A stretch of DNA of 63,769 bases, the filler included, from Lenisia limosa (Eukaryota; Protista; Breviatea): the NCBI GenBank assembly GCA_001655205.1. It is 15 parts of 15 records of this genome, joined end to end, with 100 filler letters (N's around TTAATTAATTAA, not from the genome) between each part and the next. Parts side by side here need not be neighbours in the genome. Positions count along the whole stretch, not along the records: positions 24,798 to 30,033 come from LPNZ01011148.1; positions 30,134 to 31,836 come from LPNZ01009511.1; positions 31,937 to 33,237 come from LPNZ01000682.1; positions 33,338 to 41,838 come from LPNZ01009299.1; 11 more parts are not named here. One strand, written 5' to 3'. Positions within the stretch are counted from its first letter, which is position 1. Every line of letters begins with the position of its first letter. Both the position numbers and the translations under genes were made by a program. The notes beneath the pieces were generated by a model that did not search any database, was not told where the DNA came from, and was given only the letters and a program-made list of their open reading frames with translations. Shown in pieces: positions 24,918 through 37,625 of the stretch.

Positions 24918-24976
24918 AAAATCAACTCTGTTCGCTGACGACAACACATGAGGGTTGATAACAACCAAACAAGGTC
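24918..24976 (-). repeat. short interspersed repeat family F (non-palindromic)
   Basis: Consensus-like GGCTTTGTTTTGTTGTYATCAACCCTCGTGTGTTGTCAGCCAACAGAGTTGATTT; copies at 25446-25503, 31133-31161 and 63728-63769, with fragments at 32465 and 62173. Confidence 0.75.
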
Positions 24977-25253
24977 TATTCCTGATTGTAAAACAACAAT
25001 TAAAACCCTGAACAAACAAAACAAAAAAAAAAAGCAAACAATTACAAAGCCAAGAGAGAAGCAGGAGGGAGGGGGTAAATACTATCCTGCTTGCAAAAAC
25101 AANNNNNNNNNNNNNNNNNNNNNNNNNNNNNNNNNNNNNNNNNNNNNNNNNNNNNNNNNNNNNNNNNNNNNNNNNNNNNNNNNNNNNNNNNNNNNNNNNN
25201 NNNNNNNNNNNNNNNNNNNNNNNNNNNNNNNNNNNNNNNNNNNNNNNNNNNNN

Positions 25254-27650
25254 CACAGCAGTATTGCTCAAGTTCATGAGGTACGCGCTCTTGCCGCCCT
25301 TCGCCTCTAGCGCGTAGAGAATCGCATTAAGAGCTTCCTCTGATTTGACACAGTGTAACACACTTTCATTCTGGGGCGAGTGAGATATACTCCAGAGTGG
25401 GGAGGGGGGGAGTAAAATTGGAAAATTTATGAAACAAAAAAATAATCCAAATCAACTCTGTTGGCTGACAACACACACGGTTTGATAACAACAAAACAAA
25501 GCCAGTAAAATTGGAAAGTTATGAAACAACAAAAACAAAAGCCCAAAATCAACTCCCCTCCCCATCCAACCTTTTCTTTGGACACAAATCGAACGTCGGC
25601 GTTGTCCATACAGAGCTGATGGATTACCTCCTTGTTGTCGTAAAGACAGGCTGCCATTAAGGGCGAAAGGTCCTGAAGGATCAGTCATAGTGATAAAAAG
25701 TGAAACCTTGACTTGCCTCTGTGAATTGCACGCCCTCCCCCCAATAACGCAATTTATCTTCCTCTCTTTTGTCTAATTCAAAAACTATTTCACTCTCCCC
25801 CCACATCAGACAAATTAGCGTTAGGTGACGCTCTGTGAGTGAGAAGGAGCTGTGCCATCGCAAGGTCATCAGCAGCTAGCACGATCGGTGAGAGCTCCTG
25901 GAATAGTAAGAAATGGGCAAGGAAACACGGCTGCACTCCAGTACTACTTCTTACCCCCCATCAAGGTTATTCAGTCCAATATTCATCGAAATGTCTTTCT
26001 TTTCTTCTATCAGATAGACGTCCCCTTCTAATCGCGTTACTCTCTCCCACCTCTACATTCCTCACCCCCCCCCCCACCTCCAAATCCCTAACGTTGGGGT
26101 TGGCCCCCCCTTTTAAGAGCAGCTCCACGCTCTCAAGATCACCGATTTCAATTGACAAGAAAAGAGGGGTGTAAAGCGTCTGAAAGGGGTCAATGGAAAA
26201 GAAGTTATCAGCCCAAAAAAGTAGGGCTTCACTTCCAGTTCCAAAAAAGACGGTTCGAAAAATTTTCGAAAATTTTGATATTGTGCCGCTCTACCAAAAA
26301 GGCCAAACCCACTTCGTTGGTTCTGATATTAGGGTCCGCACCAGCTTCGAGAAGAGCTTTAATCGCGGTCACATTACCAGTTGCGGCTGCGGCGTGGAGG
26401 GGCGCTTCATCATCCTGTTGGGTTANNNNNNNNNNNNNNNNNNNNNNNNNNNNNNNNNNNNNNNNNNNNNNNNNNNNNNNNAAATGCCTTAATTTTACAC
26501 TCAACTGAATACCGCCAATATTTCATTTATTATACCTTGTAGTACCATTTCCTGTAACACTATTATGTCGGGACATCCACAAGATGACTGTAGGTAGATG
26601 AACAAATAAACAATACTACTCTCTCTCTTTTTTTTTCTTTTTTTTTTCACCCCCTTTGATATCGTGAAAAATGCCACTAATATAAAGNNNNNNNNNNNNN
26701 NNNNNNNNNNNNNNNNNNNNNNNNNNNNNNNNNNNNNNNNNNNNNNNNNNNNNNNNNNNNNNNNNNNNNNNNNNNNNNNNNNNNNNNNNNNNNNNNNNNN
26801 NNNNNNNCCCCTCATAAACGTGAAAGTATCTTTTCAAGACACAGGAGTGTCTTGCATCCAAGAAAGATATCCATATTGAATAGTCACAAGTTGTGGTATA
26901 TTATCTGCGAAGAAGGGAGTGCTTGTCAAACCAGAGTAACACAAGACGCCAACAAACCGATGACAGAAAGTCGAAGTTCATTTTGAAGCGATTATGTAGC
27001 GGAGTCACCAGGTGGGAGTGCCCGTTTGAAATAGACTCAAAGAGAACATCTTCAAGCTTGAAGGGTTACTAAAAAGGTCGAACATAATCGAATTTGACTC
27101 AATACAGATAGATCTCTTGTCAAAAATGGGCTAAGAGAAGGGAAGATACTCTGTGTAACAGATGTGTGAAAAGAAGTAATAAAAAGGTACAGTTTCATAT
27201 ATGATATATATTATATGATAAGTATTTTGACACAATAGGTTAGAAGAAAAGTACCAGCGATTTAAGATACAGAAAAGATGACTCATATTTCATGAGAAAC
27301 AATTGATATTCACTCTTCGCCAACAACGCCCCTTGGTGAAGAAAGATTGGGGCCAAACACGGGCCAAGTGCAGTTGAAATGGAAAGAGACAACCCTTGGG
27401 GAGGAAATGCCAAGCTTACCAATTCCCTAAATGCCATGTGCGAAGAAGTTTTCTTTAGTCTGTCAAGGGTATCAAGGACTTTCAGGAACTCCCCAAAGGA
27501 AGCCAACAACTTTGCTGATTCAATGAGATCTTCGTGCGATTCCACGACTTCGCCTCTCTCTGCGGCCTCCTTTTGTCCTAGAAAGTTGTTAACAAGGAAG
27601 ACGGCGAAAGGCAACCAACGAAGAGCCAATGGCTTTCCTGTGATAATGTA
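25254..27650 (-). CDS. ankyrin-repeat protein
   Basis: One repeat per exon: APLHAAAATGNVTAIKALLEAGADPN, LSIEIGDLESVELLLKGGANPN, SPIVLAADDLAMAQLLLTHRASPN, SPLMAACLYDNKEVIHQLCMDNADV. Confidence 0.92.
26222..26310. mobile_element. MITE family A1, 5' part, in an ankyrin-gene intron
   Basis: TAGGGCTTCACTTCCAGTTCCAAAAAAGAC. Confidence 0.7.
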
Positions 27651-28129
27651 CGACATTGCAGGCAACCAGGTGAATATGCTTCAATTGATCAATCAGCCGA
27701 AAGAAGCCTGGTAACAGGTGGGTGAGTTAATAAGGAGGGTGGATTCAATCAAAAAAACAGTTTGTGTCAAGTTTTCTGGTTATAGGAGGGATCTAGTTGG
27801 TAATAATGACAGTCAATATAAGTCGATTAGAAGGCTTTGAGATTGATTTATCTGAATTTATCGATTACGCCTTAAAAGAAGCAAAATCTCTTCGGTCCCC
27901 CAGGTTTTATTTTTTAACTTTCCGAAAAATTTCGAAAACTTTCGAGAAATAGAACTGAACCCAGGTCATCCAGTTTCTTTTTCACCAAAAAAAATTCGAA
28001 ACCAAAAAAATTGGCGCCATAAATTATCCTAATGTAATGTATTGTGAATGTTTGTATATGAGGTATATAATCTAGTTCTGAGGATCAAACGGCATTAGTT
28101 TAGACGTTTTTCTTTCACAGATTACAAAA

Positions 28130-30004
28130 ATGGCAGACTACCAAAGGTTCGCAATGAAATGATGTTCTTAGGCAAATTAAACACCGTGACTGTTTTTTTT
28201 TTTACCTTTTGTTTAGCTATGACTATGACTACTTCACCTCCACCCCACAAACGGTTTGTGTTTTAAGTATTATATATAAAAAGCAAAAGAAACTCCAAAA
28301 ACTTAATCTTAGGAGTTTAACCTTCCTCTAATATTGCACCCCTTCCCACCTCTGGGCATTGATAATCTTCCAATGTTGAAAAAATAGTCAGATTAACCCG
28401 ATTTTCTCTTGAAAAGGCTTTCTCCTCCTCATGATCGCAGCATGCCTACTCAGCTCCTCGTCCTCCCCCACCAGCCCAATCCTACTCCCATTACAGCGGG
28501 CCCTACCTTCCCTTAACAAACGAAATGAGATGGATGGAGGGCCTTCTGAAGAAGACAATGTCCAAGGATACTGAGCGGGTTTTCCACAGCCCTGTAGATT
28601 ATGTTTCCCTTTCCTTGAAGGACTATCTCAACATTGTTCCCCACCCCATGGATCTTGGCACGGTTGAGAAGAAGGTGGGCATTTTAGCGACACGAAATAT
28701 GATAACGGATCCATGCTTTTTTTTTTGTCATATTCCTTGATACTAGAGGTAAAGGTGGTTTCCTTAATATGACCACAGTCCGTCTTCCTCCACCCAGTAC
28801 CTTGATGAACATACAACTCCACATTTAATGCTATTACACTCTTCAAAGCATGTTATTGTTTAAACGCATGATATTAAACTCTTGAAAACATATGATGTTG
28901 CAATCTTGAGTCTGATCCTTCAGCTTCGAGGTGGCGCCTACGCCACTCCAGAGGACGTTGCAGCTGATATTGAGCTGACCTTCGAGAACTCCATACGCTA
29001 TAACGGCATGTCAGGACCGTCAAGCTACTTCGGAACCCTGGCAAAGACGCTTCAGGTGGGGAGGTTGTGGAGATTAGACTGAATAACCATCCTTTTTTAT
29101 TGTGACATATCGTGTCTCGTGATCCTGCCGGATGTATATTACTTTTATACCTATAATGATACTACTAACGTTACCCCTTATCTATCTTCAACACCTTTTC
29201 TATCTTTACCACCTTATCATTCTTCTCATTCAGCACCTTATCATTCTTCTCCTTCTTGCACCTTATCATTCTTCTCCTTCTAGCACCTTACCTTATCCAT
29301 CTTCACCACCTTCCTTATCCATCCTATCTTCTCCGTTGTCACCACTCAGGACGAGTTCCGCCAAGACTTCCTGAGGGCGCCCCATAGGAAACCCCNNNNN
29401 NNNNNNNNNNNNNNNNNNNNNNNNNNNNNNNNNNNNNNNNNNNNNNNNNNNNNNNNNNNNNNNNNNNNNNNNNNNNNNNNNNNNNNNNNNNNNNNNNNNN
29501 NNNNNNNNNNNNNNNNNNNNNCACTTTTTGAGTTGTGAATAAGAATGTTTTATGTGACAGCAAAGAACACCAAACAATGCTGTTTTCTTTTTTGTTTTTC
29601 AAAAAACGCAATTATTGGTGTTTTCATCTTTGTTGCTTTAGATTGTGTTGTATTATTGAACAATAACCTTTTCCATTTCCCCAGAATACCAACATTAAGA
29701 CAAGAACAGCTGTACTGTTTATCAGCATACCCTCACTTCCACCCCATATATGAATACATCTCTTCACATAAATATAACTGCGAGATCTTAAACACGATTC
29801 AATAGAACATCACTGACACCCAGGCCCTCTCAATGGATGAGCTCAAACGAGTGGTTGAGGAGGTTGGACAGCTTCAATCCGACCCCCAAATGATCAACCG
29901 GATCATTGAGATCATCACTCGCTTCCACAACATGCCCGAAGACAACGAGCTTGACATTATGGCCCTCCCCGCTCCGTGCTTGAGGGAGATCCAGCGCTTC
30001 TTAG
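28130..30004 (+). CDS. bromodomain + extra-terminal (BET/GTE-type) protein
   Basis: FHSPVDYVSLSLKDYLNIVPHPMDLGTVEKK|LRGGAYATPEDVAADIELTFENSIRYN (bromodomain) followed by the ET domain LSMDELKRVVEEVGQL...INRIIEII...ELDIMALPAPCLREIQRFL. Confidence 0.92.
29185..29325. repeat. degenerate tandem repeat (CACCTTATCATTCTTCTC-like) in a BET-gene intron
   Basis: At least 5 imperfect units of ACCTTATC(A)TTCTTC. Confidence 0.65.
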
Positions 30005-30329
30005 GTGGGTACAGGGATAATTTGAATTACCGTNNNNNNNNNNNNNNNNNNNNNNNNNNNNNNNNNNNNNNNNNNNNTTAATTAATTAANNNNNNNNNNN
30101 NNNNNNNNNNNNNNNNNNNNNNNNNNNNNNNNNGGTTTGGACTATTTTGATGGGGGCAATACCGGTGAGGAGGGGGGCAATGGATGGGGTAACACCCGAG
30201 CTGGTCCTAATATCAGCGGGATCCCAGCGGTCTTTCACTCAAACACAAAATGAGATACCCCTGATGATTAGAGTGTAACGCCTAAGGTGGTGTGATTACC
30301 TACGTCATTTCACTTTTCTTACCTCTCAG

Positions 30330-30919
30330 AACCACAGTAACCGTACAACATCCCTGTTGTCGCGAAAGAGCCAGACAATGGAGGTACTCGGTAATGACTC
30401 TGATGAGGCCTCCACTGAGGCTGATGAAGTGGGTGAGGGTGTTGATAGGAGTAGTGTTAGGCAAATGAGGGCATTTATGAATATGTATATCATATACAAT
30501 AAGTCTTGACCGATTTGCTATGTGATACATAATATATGTTTTCTCATTTCTGCAAATCACTCAATTCACGGATTTAGTTGATTGTCTTACGCCCGGATTC
30601 CAAGGAACTTTGGGCCTTTCTCAATACCAATATCAAGGGTTGGTTATTATGTATGTACAGTGACCAGGATAAGTCTTGACCGATTTGCTATGTGATTTCC
30701 TCAAGAAAATCGGTCAAGACTTATCCCAGTCACTGCGGTTTGTGAAAGAAACGTGTTACCTTTGTATGTGTCATACGTTTTCCATGTTTATGACGTCCTC
30801 ACATTCCCCAGTGCAGTCTATGGAAGACAGAGGGGCGTGGCGTCCTAGCGAAGAGTCGAGTAAACCACGCCCGGATGATGCACCTGTCGATGTGTTCTTA
30901 ACTCTCATGGACACTGCCG
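30330..30919 (+). CDS. gene fragment ending in a small-GTPase-like G3 motif
   Basis: ...EASTEADE|SMEDRGAWRPSEESSKPRPDDAPVDVFLTLMDTAG followed by a GT donor; no G1 P-loop is visible in this scaffold. Confidence 0.4.
30656..30735. mobile_element. MITE family B, best-preserved copy
   Basis: TACAGTGACCAGGATAAGTCTTGACCGATTT...AAAATCGGTCAAGACTTATCCCAGTCACTG; a partial copy also lies at 30498-30525. Confidence 0.88.
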
Positions 30920-31713
30920 GTAGGAAGGGGGAAGGGTGCTGAAATCAGCTATCATATTATACATATATATTTACAATACAATGCCAGTGAAAATCCGTCT
31001 TAACAGCAACTTTAATCATAAACAAAATATTGTTCCCGTGAATACTGCTCTCCCAGCCTGGGCAACCCTCCCCCTCCCAACTACCAGTGTAATATCAACA
31101 ACACGTAAACGCTGGAGTGATGGAATGCGCTGGCCTGGGCTTTGTTTTGTTGTCATCAACCCTCGTGTGTTGCCAGCCAACNNNNNNNNNNNNNNNNNNN
31201 NNNNNNNNNNNNNNNNNNNNNNNNNNNNNNNNNNNNNNNNNNNNNNNNNNNNNNNNNNNNNNNNNNNNNNNNNNNNNNNNNNNGTTCGTATTTGGGCGGT
31301 CACCCCCATGATGGACCTTCTGACACACTACACCAACGCCTATGCCCACTTCCAGACCCAGTCGGAGAAACAGAAAACTCTGAGGGTGGGTGGGACAATA
31401 TTTGTTCAGTTGTTATTTGGAAAGATGGAGGGTATTGGGGGCATATGCAAAGTAGTAGTGTAAATAGTGCTTCATTTTTATTCTTAGAATTGGGGTTGGG
31501 GAGTATCAATATTCTTTTACTTTAAAAACGATGGCAGTTGTTCACATTTTTCTCATTTCTTCATAGTCCCGAAGTCCTTCTTCACGTCCTTTTTATTATT
31601 TTTTTTGAACACTCACCCCACAGCCGCCGGAGGCTAGACTCAGGAAGGTCATGAAAAAGGTGGAGGGGGATATGAGTATAGAGATATCAGGAGAGTTAGT
31701 GTATATTATGTAT

Positions 31714-31786
31714 AATGACTGGGATAAGTCTTGACCTTTTTCCTTGAGAAATCTTATTGCAAATCGGCCAAGACTTATCGCAGTAT
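31714..31786. mobile_element. MITE family B
   Basis: TGACTGGGATAAGTCTTGACC...GGCCAAGACTTATCGCAGT. Confidence 0.75.
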
Positions 31787-32073
31787 ATGGGAGTACATTG
31801 AAGAAAATGGTGGAAACGGGGGGAGGGGGGGGGGGGNNNNNNNNNNNNNNNNNNNNNNNNNNNNNNNNNNNNNNNNNNNNTTAATTAATTAANNNNNNNN
31901 NNNNNNNNNNNNNNNNNNNNNNNNNNNNNNNNNNNNTGGGTGTTATCTTGATTCATCATTTCGACCATATGATCGTTTCACACGTGGATATGTGCCAAAA
32001 TACTAAGAAAGGTGTCAAAATACCATTAAAACACAAGTGGATATGGGCCATAATACGGGATATTTCATCCCAA

Positions 32074-33203
32074 CCCCGCCTATTACATTCAGGACTATTA
32101 CTGGATATGTTCACCCTCGCAGGCACTGGATCTCCTCACTCGGAAACCAGCGTTTAGCCCAATTCGGTGGGAGGGGGGCTTCTCTTCTTCTAAATTTACC
32201 ATGAAAAATGTATCTTCTTTTCTTCTTATCCTCTTTTCTTCTACTTGCTGGTCTTTCTTTAACGAGAGGAGGGCTTCTTTTCTTCTTTTAAGGGGGTATG
32301 TTGCTCGGTTTTTTTGCTGTTGTTTTATAACTGTTCATCCCCTACACCCACATACACATGGAGAGAGAGAGAGTCTCCATTTTACCTTCCCTCTCCATCC
32401 TATTTGCACCTCCTATTTGTCGCTGGAGTGATGTGCGGGGCTTTGTTTGTTTTATTGTTCTTCCCCACCAACAGAGTTTTTTGGACTATTTTCATAAATT
32501 TTTCCTTTTCACCCCGCCCCTCTCAGAAACATGCTAGAAGAGGCCAACTTCCCGGATATTCTCGAGAAACTTCGTCTTATTGTCGCGTCAGAACTACGTA
32601 CAGTGTAAGCATGTGCACGGTACTATATTTTTTGAGGTAAAATTTCAAGTAAAATAGGATTAGACGCAAGGTATTTTTTATTAATATCCACTACCACTAT
32701 AGTCCTATTTCTTCAATAATTATAATTTGATTTGGCTGTTTCATAGCTTGTTTTTGTACCCATATTTAGCTTTTTACCACTATATTTGAAGATCATCCCC
32801 CTATTTCACCCATATTTCTGTTTCTCAAATTCTCCACTTCACCATCACAGAATTTCAGTTGGAGAGGAGTACTGTGAAGTGGACAGGAATGTGCACTTTG
32901 GGAAATGGAGGGTATGTGGGGCTTCCCTGCGGTCCTAAAAAGACTGAATTACTCGATAAACATCGATATTTAAAAGGTGGGGAAGCCCTAGTTATAGGTG
33001 TGGAAGGAGTGGAGGGGGGAATGAAGGGTACTAGTATATGTACAGTGACCGGGATAAGTCTTGACCTATTTTCCTGAGGAAATCACATGGCAAATCGGTC
33101 AAGATTCCAAACTTAATATTCCTTCATTCATTTCCTATTAGACGGTTTTGCCCAAAAATGACAAGGAAGAGGCACAGGAGGACTCTGAGAAGGAATCTGA
33201 ACC
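32074..33203 (+). CDS. internal fragment of a multi-exon gene, unknown product
   Basis: DYYWICSPSQALDLLTRKPAFSPIR|NMLEEANFPDILEKLRLIVASELRTV|GEEYCEVDRN|TVLPKNDKEEAQEDSEKESEP. Confidence 0.55.
32917..32990. mobile_element. MITE family A2, internally deleted
   Basis: TGGGGCTTCCCTGCGGTCCTAAAA...GGGAAGCCCTA. Confidence 0.8.
33041..33105. mobile_element. MITE family B, right arm truncated
   Basis: TACAGTGACCGGGATAAGTCTTGACC...AAATCGGTCAAGAT. Confidence 0.8.
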
Positions 33204-33495
33204 AGTGGGAGGGGGGGGTCAGAAAATGTGTTCGATCNNNNNNNNNNNNNNNNNNNNNNNNNNNNNNNNNNNNNNNNNNNNTTAATTAATTAANNNNNNN
33301 NNNNNNNNNNNNNNNNNNNNNNNNNNNNNNNNNNNNNTTTTTGGGTCCGAGGGCACGTGACTTGGTACCGAATGTGGGCTGGTGAGGGGATGTAAGTGGG
33401 GGGGTGGGGGTCATATTAGATTAGGACAAGTAACTATACAATTGCTTGGAATATTAGAAAGGGAGTATTACTCTTGATGCAAAATTCCACGTTCA

Positions 33496-36400
33496 TTATT
33501 CCCCTCTCACTCCTGATGTGAGTGACGGAGTTGAGGGCACGGATTTCGGGGAGGCTTCGGAAGGCACCGGGGTTTTCTTGGGCTCGGAGAGTTGGGGACG
33601 TTGAGATTGGCGGCGGGGGGNNNNNNNNNNNNNNNNNNNNNNNNNNNNNNNNNNNNNNNNNNNNNNNNNNNNNNNNNNNNNAGGATTTATCGAGAAATTC
33701 AGGGGTTTTTTGAACCGAGGTGGAGCCCCTATTCGTATAGTATCGGCACAGGGTGTTAATAGAGCAATTATCATTAGAATCCTAAACAGCCGATATTGAG
33801 ATCCGACTTTCATTATGATGATATCTCACTAACCTTGGTGGGGGTGATATTGGCGTTATTTTCAGATGCTGAGGGGGACGAAATGGCGTCTTTGTTGTTC
33901 TTCGGCTTTATCTTCTGAGCTTCTTTGACTTCCTTTTCCTTTTGAGCATCCTTCAATTCCTGGATCTTAGCCTTTTGTGCATCCTTCATTTCTTGCAGCT
34001 TCGCCTTGTGTTGTTCCTTGATTTCTTCAATCTTTGCCTTGTTTGCTTCATCTGCAGCCTCCATCTGATATCGCAAGGCGTCTCTTTCCTCTTCGATCCT
34101 CTTGGTGTTAGCTTCAGACTCCTTCACTCTGCTGCTGTCACCTTTCTTGGAAGCTTTCATTTCATTGAACTTGGTTTGTTGAGCTTTTAGCTTATCTTTG
34201 ATTTCGGAGTACTCGGATGACTGTTTTGAGAGTTCCTTTTGAAGATTCTGAATTGTACTTTCCATCGACTACACCGATAGTAAGACTCTTTTCGATCTCA
34301 CCTTTTTGTCATTATCCCAGATCTTCTTGCTGCTTTCAATATCCTCGATTTTTTGGGCTAAAGCGTCAAAAAGGCTCTTTTGTGCTTACTTAGTGCCTTT
34401 TGCGTTGTCTGAATTTTAAGGTTGAGTGATTGAATATCCTTCTCCTTCATTTCTTCCATTTTCTTAACCTGAAGTGTGAGAGTAACGAATGGGAATTTTA
34501 CCTGTTCGCTTGTGTTGTCGGCTTCTCTTTTAAATGATTCTTGCTTCTCCTTCTCAACTTCAGCAATTTTGTCATTCAGTTTCTTGATTTCCTTCTGATG
34601 ATTCTTTTGTTGACCTTCCATTTCTCTCTTTTTCAATGCCTCTGCAGCCTTTTCGTTCTTAGCCAATTGAGCAGTTAACTCTGCAGCCGTCTTCTCTGAC
34701 TCAGAAAGCTACAGGGTGAGTGAAACATTTTGCGGCTTACTTTCTGGGTTGCCTTCTTCATGTCCTCCTTTGTCTTTTTCAGGCTTGAATCAGTCTCCTT
34801 CAACTTGGTACAATATTGATCAATCTATATGTATTAGCGCGACGTTGTTATTAGAACTCACCTTTTGGTTCAGCTTAACGATTTTCTTCTCAAATTCAGA
34901 CTTTTTCTTTTCGCTCTTAATAGGTGATACAGTGCCCCCAATTCCTTACATCTTTCATTGCGGATTCCTCTGCGTTTTTACTGTGCGATTTCTCAGAGTT
35001 CAGTTCAGCCTCGAATATTTCCACATCTGCATTGATTATCATGATACACTGCTAACCTTTTCTGAGCTTTAGATTTTGGGACTCAAGAGCCTTGCATTCT
35101 GTCTTGCTCTCCTTGAGCTGGTTGTGAAGATCCTTTTCTGTCTGAAGAATAAGTCATAGAAATAGCTCGCATACCTCTGATTTGCTGCATTCCAAAGCCT
35201 GATGCTCCTTCGACTTCGTTTCAATTTCTTTAATCATAGATTCGATCTGCTTCTTCTTTTCCTCCAGCTCAGCCTTTGTTGAGTTGCACTGTTTTGTCTT
35301 CGCCTCAAGATCTTTATTTGTTGCCTTGAGCTCTTTTTCCATTGTCGCCTTAACTTTCATTTCCTTTTCAAATTCCACAATTTTCTTCTTCAACACAACC
35401 TGGGAGTTTAGACCAACCGTAACTTTACCTTATCCTGTGTTTCAGAAGCAAGTTTGTTTTCAACTGTACTTCGCTATTTTGTAAGAAGGAAATAAATTCG
35501 AGCTTACCTTGGAGATTTCGTCCTGGATTTCGGCTGTAAGTGTAGCGATATTTCTGTCTTTTTCGGTGTTTTCATTCTTGAGTGACTCGATTTTCCTTAA
35601 GGCGTTCTGTAATTTTGAGGTTTCCTCAGCGTGGTTCTGGAGTTCTTCGACATGACGTTGCTGCAGTTCTGAAGTGTGAGATTCGTGAATTTCCAAACAA
35701 GATTTTTTATAGTGTTTATTTCTGTTGAAATTATATGTATTAGAGTTAGAAGTGACCAATAACATCACGTAAACAATGAATATATGAGAAGAGTGAGGGA
35801 CAAACCTTCGTAATTTTTGATCTTCTTCTTCATGTCCTCATCTTGCATTTTCACCTAAAGTGAAGTTAAGCAAAATCAATGTTGGCAAGTCAAAATGCAT
35901 TTTCCAACCTTTTCTTCAAGTTGCTGCTTTTGAATGTTGAATTCGTGAGAGACTGTTTGGAAGTGTTTTTCATGACTGGAAATCTTGTTTCGCATTCTAA
36001 AAAGTAAACAAAAACAAAAACAAGGAGCCAACTCATTCTCCACTGCCCTTGCGTTGTTAATTTGGTTTGAGAGTTCTTCTTGCAGCTTTGAGTTGTCCTT
36101 TTGAGAATTCTCATTAATGGCAGTTAGTTTTTCGATTTGTGCAGCTCTTTCTAAAAACAATAAGTTATACCAGGTGAACAAACCGTCACTTTGCTTGTGT
36201 GCGTACTTGTTTTCCGACTTCAACTGAGTAGTTTCATTTAACTAAAGAGTAACACATAATAACTCCTACCAATGCCTGGATTTTTGCATCACGTTGCTGT
36301 TGTATTTCAATGAGTTGTTGTTCTGTCTTTTTGAATTGGGCTTTTTCGTTGTCAAAAGATTTTTTGGTAGATTCAATCTAAGGGGTCAGCCAGTAAAATC

Positions 36401-37320
36401 AGAAAAATATGAAAAAAATGATGAAACAAACCTGGGTTTCGAGCTTCTCAATTGCTTCGTGCTTAGCCTGAATTTTGGTTTCTTGACTTTCAACGGTACT
36501 TGACAGATGCCTGAGTTCCTTTTCTGAACTAGCCACATTCGATTGAAAAGATTCAACAGACACTTCAAGTTTTTTACAGCGAGCTTTCAAATCCGTTGTC
36601 TCACTCTCAACTACAATCAAATCTAAAAACAAACGTTTTCCATTGAGCTGCTTGAGGTTGATGTTTTTCTGTTTCAGAATTTGGAAAGCATCATCCACTT
36701 CTGAATAGACATTGGAATACTCAACCATTTTGCTCTCAATTTCACTCTTCTCTTCATCATCTTGGTGAAAAATAAAGACAAACATCCAGCTTGAGCAGAC
36801 CTAATGGCAGTAAAGTCATTTTCAAAAGTTCCAAAGAATGCTTTGATTTCACCAAGTTGGAATCGGAGATCTCTAAGGAAACAAAAAATAAACCTTGAAA
36901 CTCAGCACTCTTTTCCTCAACTTCAGCTTTCATCTCAGTAACACGCTCTTCAAGCAATTCGTTTTGTTTTTGGAGCTGGTTATAATGTTCATCTTTCTTG
37001 ACGTTTTCCATCATCTGAAAATTAAGGAAAATGGACAATAAAGGCTTACCATCTCTTGAAGCTGCACTTGCTGATTAGATCTTTCTGTTGCAAGTTTTCC
37101 TAAAGGTAAGAAGAGGGAAGAAGAACCTACTAGCAGCCAAAACAACAGAGTCAAATTTGACAGATTCCGACTCAAAGTCTTCTTTAAGCTCATCCTTTTT
37201 TGTATGAACTTTTTCAGCTGTTACAACTTGTTTGGCTGGCTTCATTTTCATTCCGCCTCCATTTTTTGATGACGTTCTGCCTTTAGAGGAGCCAAAGCTC
37301 CAACTAAATGGTGTAGACAT
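33496..37320 (-). CDS. long coiled-coil protein
   Basis: Start MSTPFSWSFGSSKG at 37320; many K/E/Q-rich heptad exons (e.g. ORFs 33813-34265, 34358-34666, 35154-35396, 36399-36785); Ser/Pro tail ending at the stop at 33496. Confidence 0.85.
33682..33731. mobile_element. MITE family A1, 3' part (adjacent to a gap)
   Basis: ATTTATCGAGAAATTC...TTGAACCGAGGTGGAGCCCCTA. Confidence 0.7.
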
Positions 37321-37625
37321 GATTATATACTAGTTAGTCAACTGAATTGTTCTACAATGTCGAATATTGACGAGTTACAGATCAGATTGAAGAACTTTAT
37401 GTCCGTCAAATTAAGTGAATTGATTTGTAAATCCGTAAATACTCTTCTTTTGAGATCTTCCAGTTCCAGCCTGAGTCCTCTTCTCTTGTGTTGCGTCGCT
37501 CCTTGAAGGTGTTGTTTTGTTTTAACGTAACGACAACTACATTGTGTCAACAATTATCCTCCCTTCCCCCTCTTCCTGCAAATGATCTAATCGATTCGTA
37601 TTGTGATACTTGAGGCACTGCAACC

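Noticed and set aside
16926-30004. Chromatin gene cluster (ATAD2 near the BET bromodomain gene)
   Set aside because: The two genes are on different scaffolds separated by artificial linkers.
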